From the NCBI GenBank assembly GCA_031414535.1, contig JANNVQ010000017.1:1-64000 (forward strand): DNA of 64,000 bases. Reading direction: 5' to 3'. A program made the translations under genes and the position numbers. The notes under the pieces were generated by a model. That model saw only the letters and a program-made list of their open reading frames with translations, was not told the origin of the DNA and did no database searches. This document shows, piece by piece, positions 59,490 through 64,000 of the stretch (position 1 is the first letter of the stretch; each line of letters begins with the position of its first letter). The DNA comes from Gemmatimonas sp. GTDB taxonomy: Bacteria; Gemmatimonadota; Gemmatimonadetes; Gemmatimonadales; Gemmatimonadaceae.

Positions 59490-59969
59490 ATGACGCAGAG
59501 CATTCCTCTCGGATCTGACGCGCGCGAGCGCTTTTTGCTGGAAATCGCGGCCGTGGTCCCGCCGCACCGCGTGTCGGAGGTGCACTTCTTCGCCCCCCTT
59601 CGCCAAGGGCCGATGGAGACCGGCGTGGCTGTTGTCGCGGCGATGCCAGAGGGTGCCTTGGAGCAGGAGGCCCCCGTGGACGCCGATGCCGCTCCGATTG
59701 AGGAACCGCAGTATCCCGAAGGCGCGCATTTATCCGCGCGTCACGTGGTCTACTCCGCAAGCTACCGCTGGACGCGCAAAGGACCCGAGCGCGGGAAGTG
59801 GGAGAGCGAAGTGGTGGCCGAGGCTGATGCCCCGTTGCTCACGGTGGAGACGGTCGTGAAGGGTGTGATGCAGCGTTCGTCCGATCCGCTGGCGGTGGAG
59901 AAGCTTGACGGCGATACGATTCGCGCGATGATTGAAAAGGCGCAGCAGCGGTGGCCGACCACTCCGTAA
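59490..59969 (+). CDS. Hypothetical protein
   Basis: Plausible codon usage; fills the gap in the + strand run. Confidence 0.7.
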   Translation: MTQSIPLGSDARERFLLEIAAVVPPHRVSEVHFFAPLRQGPMETGVAVVAAMPEGALEQEAPVDADAAPIEEPQYPEGAHLSARHVVYSASYRWTRKGPERGKWESEVVAEADAPLLTVETVVKGVMQRSSDPLAVEKLDGDTIRAMIEKAQQRWPTTP

Positions 59970-60430
59970 CGGCCGGCTTCGTGCAGTACCTGCGCGAGCA
60001 CAATCTGCCCGTGACGGCGCAGCGGCTCGCCATCGCTGAGGTATTGCTCGGTGCTGATCGGCATCTGTCCGCGGAGGAAATCGCTGAGGCGGTGAGCGAG
60101 AGTGGTCGCAAGGTGGGCACGGCGACGGTGTACCGCACGATTGATACGCTGCTGGAAAGCGGGCTTATTGTGGAGCGAGACTTCGGTGAGGGGTTTCGTC
60201 GCTTCGAGGCCGCACGCGACGTTCCGAATCACGAACATCTGGTCTGCACGCAGTGCGGCAAGGTCGAGGAGTTTCGCGACGAGCGTCTTGATCGCATGAC
60301 AACGATCGTGGCCGAATCGCGCGGCTTTGCGCGCCAGCGGCACCGACTCATCATCCATGGTGTGTGCCGCGAGTGCCAGCGTGGCGCCGCACCAGTCACT
60401 CCATCGCCCACCCCCTGGGGACGTCGGTAA
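59951..60430 (+). CDS. Fur-family transcriptional regulator
   Basis: T.QR, HLSAEEI, ATVYRT, HEHLVCTQCG, G.C..C. Confidence 0.93.
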   Translation: MADHSVTAGFVQYLREHNLPVTAQRLAIAEVLLGADRHLSAEEIAEAVSESGRKVGTATVYRTIDTLLESGLIVERDFGEGFRRFEAARDVPNHEHLVCTQCGKVEEFRDERLDRMTTIVAESRGFARQRHRLIIHGVCRECQRGAAPVTPSPTPWGRR

Positions 60431-60432
60431 TC

Positions 60433-61161
60433 GTGGAATCCACTGCTACGCTCGGACTCTTCATCGCATTTGGCGCCGGCCTGCTCAGCTTCTTGAGCCC
60501 CTGCGTGCTCCCGCTCGTCCCGAGTTACGTCACCTTCATCACGGGGATGAACCTCGAGGACCTGCAAACCTCGCGCCGCGACACGCTCGTGCACGCGTTG
60601 CTGTTCATCGCTGGGTTCACGCTGATTTTCATGGCGCTTGGCGCCGGCGCCACGGTGTTCGGTCAGATCATGATCCGCTACCGCGATGTCATCAGCCGGA
60701 CGGGCGGCGTGCTCATCATCATCTTCGGTCTTTACCTACTCGGCGTGTTCAATCTCTCCTTCTTGATGAAGGACACGCGCCTGCATTTGGCCAATAAGCC
60801 GTTGGGTTACTTCGGTACTGTCGTGGTCGGAATCGCCTTTGGCGCGGGCTGGTCGCCCTGCATCGGTCCAATCCTTGGCGCCATCCTCACGATGGCCGCG
60901 AACGAAGCGGATCTCGGACGGGGGATGCTGCTGCTCTTCGTGTATTCAGCGGGCTTGGCGGTGCCATTCCTTGCTGCGGCGCTGATGGTGGAGCGCTTCC
61001 TGGCGCTGTTCGCCAAGGTGCGGCGCTACATGGTGTGGGTGAACCGCACGGCGGGCGCGCTACTCATCTTCGTGGGCGTGTTGATGGTGACCAACCGCTT
61101 CACGCTGCTCGCCAACTGGCTGCAGGGGTTCACGCCCGAGTTCATTCTCAACCGCATCTAG
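60433..61161 (+). CDS. ccdA: Cytochrome c biogenesis protein CcdA
   Basis: GLLSFLSPCVLPL.P.Y and GWSPCIGPILG; GTG 60433. Confidence 0.92.
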   Translation: MESTATLGLFIAFGAGLLSFLSPCVLPLVPSYVTFITGMNLEDLQTSRRDTLVHALLFIAGFTLIFMALGAGATVFGQIMIRYRDVISRTGGVLIIIFGLYLLGVFNLSFLMKDTRLHLANKPLGYFGTVVVGIAFGAGWSPCIGPILGAILTMAANEADLGRGMLLLFVYSAGLAVPFLAAALMVERFLALFAKVRRYMVWVNRTAGALLIFVGVLMVTNRFTLLANWLQGFTPEFILNRI

Positions 61162-61170
61162 CGCGGGCAG

Positions 61171-61217
61171 AAAAGACGAAGCCCCGCGGCGCTCTGCGCC
61201 GCGGGGCTTCGTCTTTT
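61171..61217. terminator. Bidirectional intrinsic terminator
   Basis: aaaagacgaagccccgcggcg ... cgccgcggggcttcgtctttt between convergent genes. Confidence 0.92.
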
Positions 61218-61232
61218 CCTGAGGAACGAGGC

Positions 61233-61745
61233 TTAGCGCCAGAAGACGCTGAGGCCGAAGCGTGCGCCGAGCACGGTGTCACTGTACGAGTCGCCGTCGC
61301 GCAGGGTGCCTGCGAATGCCATTGAGACCTTCGGGCTGATTGCGCTCTTGTAGCCGATGTCGGCACCGAAGTCGATGCCTGCATCCACGTCAGTGACCTT
61401 GGAGATCATCACGCCTGGCGACAGGAAGAGTCCATTGTGGCCGCGGTCGCCAGCGAGATAGAAGGGGGCGAAGACGCCCAACGTGAGTCTCGAACTGCTC
61501 GAGCCAACGTCCGGTGAGAAGTAGTTCAAGCCAAGGGTCGGTTCCAGTGCGAGCTTGTCGTTGAGATAGACGCCAAGTGCGACTGTGCCCGGGATGCCGA
61601 CGCCGAGCGCCGTATTGCCGTTCGCGGTCTGAAGATTCAAGAGGTCAACGCGGATTTCCTCAATCTTCAACTGCGCCTGCGCCACAGAAGCCGAAACTGC
61701 CACAAGCGAAGCAACTGCAACCGCACGACGAAAAACTGACAGCAT
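61233..61745 (-). CDS. Small outer-membrane beta-barrel protein
   Basis: Signal peptide ending AQA, alternating amphipathic strands, C-terminal GLSVFWR. Confidence 0.75.
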   Translation of the reverse strand: MLSVFRRAVAVASLVAVSASVAQAQLKIEEIRVDLLNLQTANGNTALGVGIPGTVALGVYLNDKLALEPTLGLNYFSPDVGSSSSRLTLGVFAPFYLAGDRGHNGLFLSPGVMISKVTDVDAGIDFGADIGYKSAISPKVSMAFAGTLRDGDSYSDTVLGARFGLSVFWR

Positions 61746-61772
61746 TTGGTTTCCCCCAAGAGGAATGAAGAG

Positions 61773-63557
61773 TCAGTCGCCTCCTATTGCCCGGGCGACC
61801 GCGGGTTCCTGCTCAATCTCTTCTTCAAGCTGCTGACGACGCAGCAGCGTCCAGTATCGTCCCTTGAGTGCGAGCAGATCTTCGTGCTTACCCTGCTCAA
61901 CCACTCGGCCCTCGTCCATCACCAAGATCCAGTGCGCATCGCGGATGGCCGTGATGCGGTGCGAGGCGATGATCGCGGTGCGCCCCACCAAGGCCTCACG
62001 TAGTCCGCGTAGAATTGCCGCCTCCGTATGCGTGTCCACCGCCGACAGCGCATCGTCGAGGATCACCACGCTGGGGCGTCTTGCGAGGGCCCGAGCCAAC
62101 GCCGCGCGTTGCTTCTGGCCGCCGGAGAGATTGACACCCCGTTCACCGATCTGCGTTTCCCATCCGCCGGGAAATCCTTCAATTGTCTCCGACAGTTGCG
62201 CCACACCCGCTGCCCAACGCGCGTCGTCCACGTTCGCGGTCCCGTACGACAGGTTCGTTGTAAGGGTTTCGCTGAATAGGAGACTCTCCTGTGGGACGAA
62301 GCCAATCTCTCGGCGTAACACGTTCAGTGTGATGTTCCTCACATCAACGCCATCGAGCAGAATCCGCCCGCCCGTTACATCGGCGAGGCGGGGAATGAGC
62401 TCGAGCAAAGTGCTCTTGCCGCTGCCCGTGGCGCCCACAATGCCGAGCGTTGTACCGGCGGGAATGGTGACCGAGATGTCGTGCAATACTTCGCGCGCCG
62501 GCTCACCGTGGCGCGGTGGGTACGCAAAGCGCACGCCCTCGATTGAGAGCGCGCGGCCGCCAGTCGTCGGTGGCAACTCCGCTGGGTCGAGCGGATTCGC
62601 AATCATCGGAACGCCATCGAGGATTTCGAGCAAGCGAGTCATGGAGGCGGCGCCGCGCTGAAAGAGGCTGGTTACCCAGCCCAATGCGATCAGCGGCCAG
62701 GTGAGATTGGACAGGTAAAGTCCAAATGCCACGAAGGCTCCAATGCTGATTGTACCGGCCACAACCTGCGCCCCGCCGAAGCCGAGCACGGCCGCAGCGC
62801 CCAATCCGGCGAAAAATGTGAAGCTCGGGCCCATCATCGCATTGAGCCGTACGAGGGCCACATTTCGCTGCAAATAGTCCTCGCTAATGCCGTCAAACCG
62901 CCCCTGCTCGGCGGCCTCCTGACGGTACGCGCGGATGATGCGGAGGCCAGACAGATGCTCCTGCACCAATGTGGTAAGGTCCCCAAACCGGGACTGAACG
63001 CGCTCAAAGCGGTCGTGAATCGCCTTCCCAAGCCGCAGGGTTATGAGCGGCAAAACGACCATCGGCCCGAGCGCGATGAGTGTCAGGCGCGGTGAAATCG
63101 CGATCATAAACGACAGCGCGAAAACCCCACCAAAAATGGTGTTAGTGAGGTACATAACGGCCGGACCAACGGCCATGCGAACTGCGCCTAAGTCGTTGGT
63201 GAGCTTAGCCATAAGCTCACCGGTGCGCGTGCGGCTGTACCAGCCCGGGTCGAGAAGCGCCAGGCGGGCGAACAACTCCTCGCGCAGGTCGTGCTCGATG
63301 ACACGCGAGACCCCGTTGAGAATGTTACGCATCTGAAAACGGAACACGGCCATGGTGAGCGTGACGCCAATCATCGTGGCCCCAATCTTGACGATGTCCC
63401 GAACGGGAGCGCCGCGCTCCATAGCTTCAACGGCCTGACGAATCAGGGTCGGAATCCAGGCAAACATCGCCGTGGATATGACGACGCAGAGCAACCCGTA
63501 CGCGATGCGTCCCCTATAGGGTTTAACCCAAGGGAGCGCGCGTCTCAGCGAACTCAT
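61773..63557 (-). CDS. ABC exporter, fused permease + ATPase (MsbA/MdlA-like)
   Basis: TM domain, TGELM, GATGSGKST, GERGVNLSGGQKQR, LDDALSAVD; alternative start 63566. Confidence 0.94.
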   Translation of the reverse strand: MSSLRRALPWVKPYRGRIAYGLLCVVISTAMFAWIPTLIRQAVEAMERGAPVRDIVKIGATMIGVTLTMAVFRFQMRNILNGVSRVIEHDLREELFARLALLDPGWYSRTRTGELMAKLTNDLGAVRMAVGPAVMYLTNTIFGGVFALSFMIAISPRLTLIALGPMVVLPLITLRLGKAIHDRFERVQSRFGDLTTLVQEHLSGLRIIRAYRQEAAEQGRFDGISEDYLQRNVALVRLNAMMGPSFTFFAGLGAAAVLGFGGAQVVAGTISIGAFVAFGLYLSNLTWPLIALGWVTSLFQRGAASMTRLLEILDGVPMIANPLDPAELPPTTGGRALSIEGVRFAYPPRHGEPAREVLHDISVTIPAGTTLGIVGATGSGKSTLLELIPRLADVTGGRILLDGVDVRNITLNVLRREIGFVPQESLLFSETLTTNLSYGTANVDDARWAAGVAQLSETIEGFPGGWETQIGERGVNLSGGQKQRAALARALARRPSVVILDDALSAVDTHTEAAILRGLREALVGRTAIIASHRITAIRDAHWILVMDEGRVVEQGKHEDLLALKGRYWTLLRRQQLEEEIEQEPAVARAIGGD

Positions 63558-63640
63558 TTGCCCCACTCCATTGATACTGGCTGGATCTCGTGAGACCTTT
63601 CGATGTTATCAAATGTCCCCACATACAGGAGAGGTTCCAT

Positions 63641-64000
63641 ATGAAGACGAATATTATTCGCCGTACGGTCGCATCGCTCGCCATTCTTGGATTAGCTGCT
63701 TGTGGCGGCGACAAGGGTGAGGAAGGCCGCGAGATTGAACTCGCGCCCACCGATTCCATGTCCGCCATGAACGACGCCGCGCCGGCCGCTGCGCCGACCC
63801 CGACGCCCGCTCCCGCGACGGCGAGCCCGGTCACACCGCGCCCGGCCCCGCGTCCAACCGCCGCCGCTGGCTCACGCACCGGTGCGCTCTCCGCTGGCGC
63901 CACGATGGCCCTCGCCTCCGGCTCGCGCGTCTGCACCAACACGCACAAGGTCGGTGACCGCTTCACGGCGCTCACCACGGGCGAGCTCTTCGCCACAAAC
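63641..64000 (+). CDS. Lipoprotein with Pro/Ala-rich linker (partial, runs off the window)
   Basis: GGAGAGG RBS, MKTNIIRRTVASLAILGLAACGG lipobox, open to the window end. Confidence 0.75.
   Translation, partial: MKTNIIRRTVASLAILGLAACGGDKGEEGREIELAPTDSMSAMNDAAPAAAPTPTPAPATASPVTPRPAPRPTAAAGSRTGALSAGATMALASGSRVCTNTHKVGDRFTALTTGELFATN

Overview
High-GC bacterial chromosome window, probably Gemmatimonadota (inferred from gene content and style, not from a search). 1-18.4 kb: str/S10/spc ribosomal cluster from the rpsL end to secY-adk-map. It is split between rpsG and fusA by an antisense DinB-like gene, and fusA has its own promoter and a highly structured ~350-nt leader. The cluster stops after map, with no infA or alpha operon. 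18.5-28.7 kb: housekeeping genes (fused FTCD, inositol monophosphatase, trpS, MgtC, PilT/PilU-like ATPase, DapA family, purA). 28.9-41.9 kb: accessory block with two LPP20-like lipoproteins, an exported caspase-like (C14) protease, a 9x Big_2 lipoprotein, two paralogous DUF4384-like exported proteins, a transmembrane SARP/BTAD-ATPase regulator and a stand-alone EAL protein. This block is the best candidate for an undescribed system. 42-61 kb: one long + strand run with glyQS, a zincin, a class IV aminotransferase, a GAF protein, a ubiquitin-like protein coupled to a MoxR-DUF58-BatA-DUF4159 operon, an HDAC, corA, a Zn-ribbon Ser/Thr kinase, priA, Fur and CcdA. It is followed by a beta-barrel, an ABC exporter and a partial lipoprotein. 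Two families of short-tandem-repeat palindromes (7-mer GACGGAW and 8-mer CACGAAGG/CACAGAGG) recur in intergenic regions. No rRNA, tRNA, CRISPR array or transposase was seen. All family calls are by-eye motif recognition.
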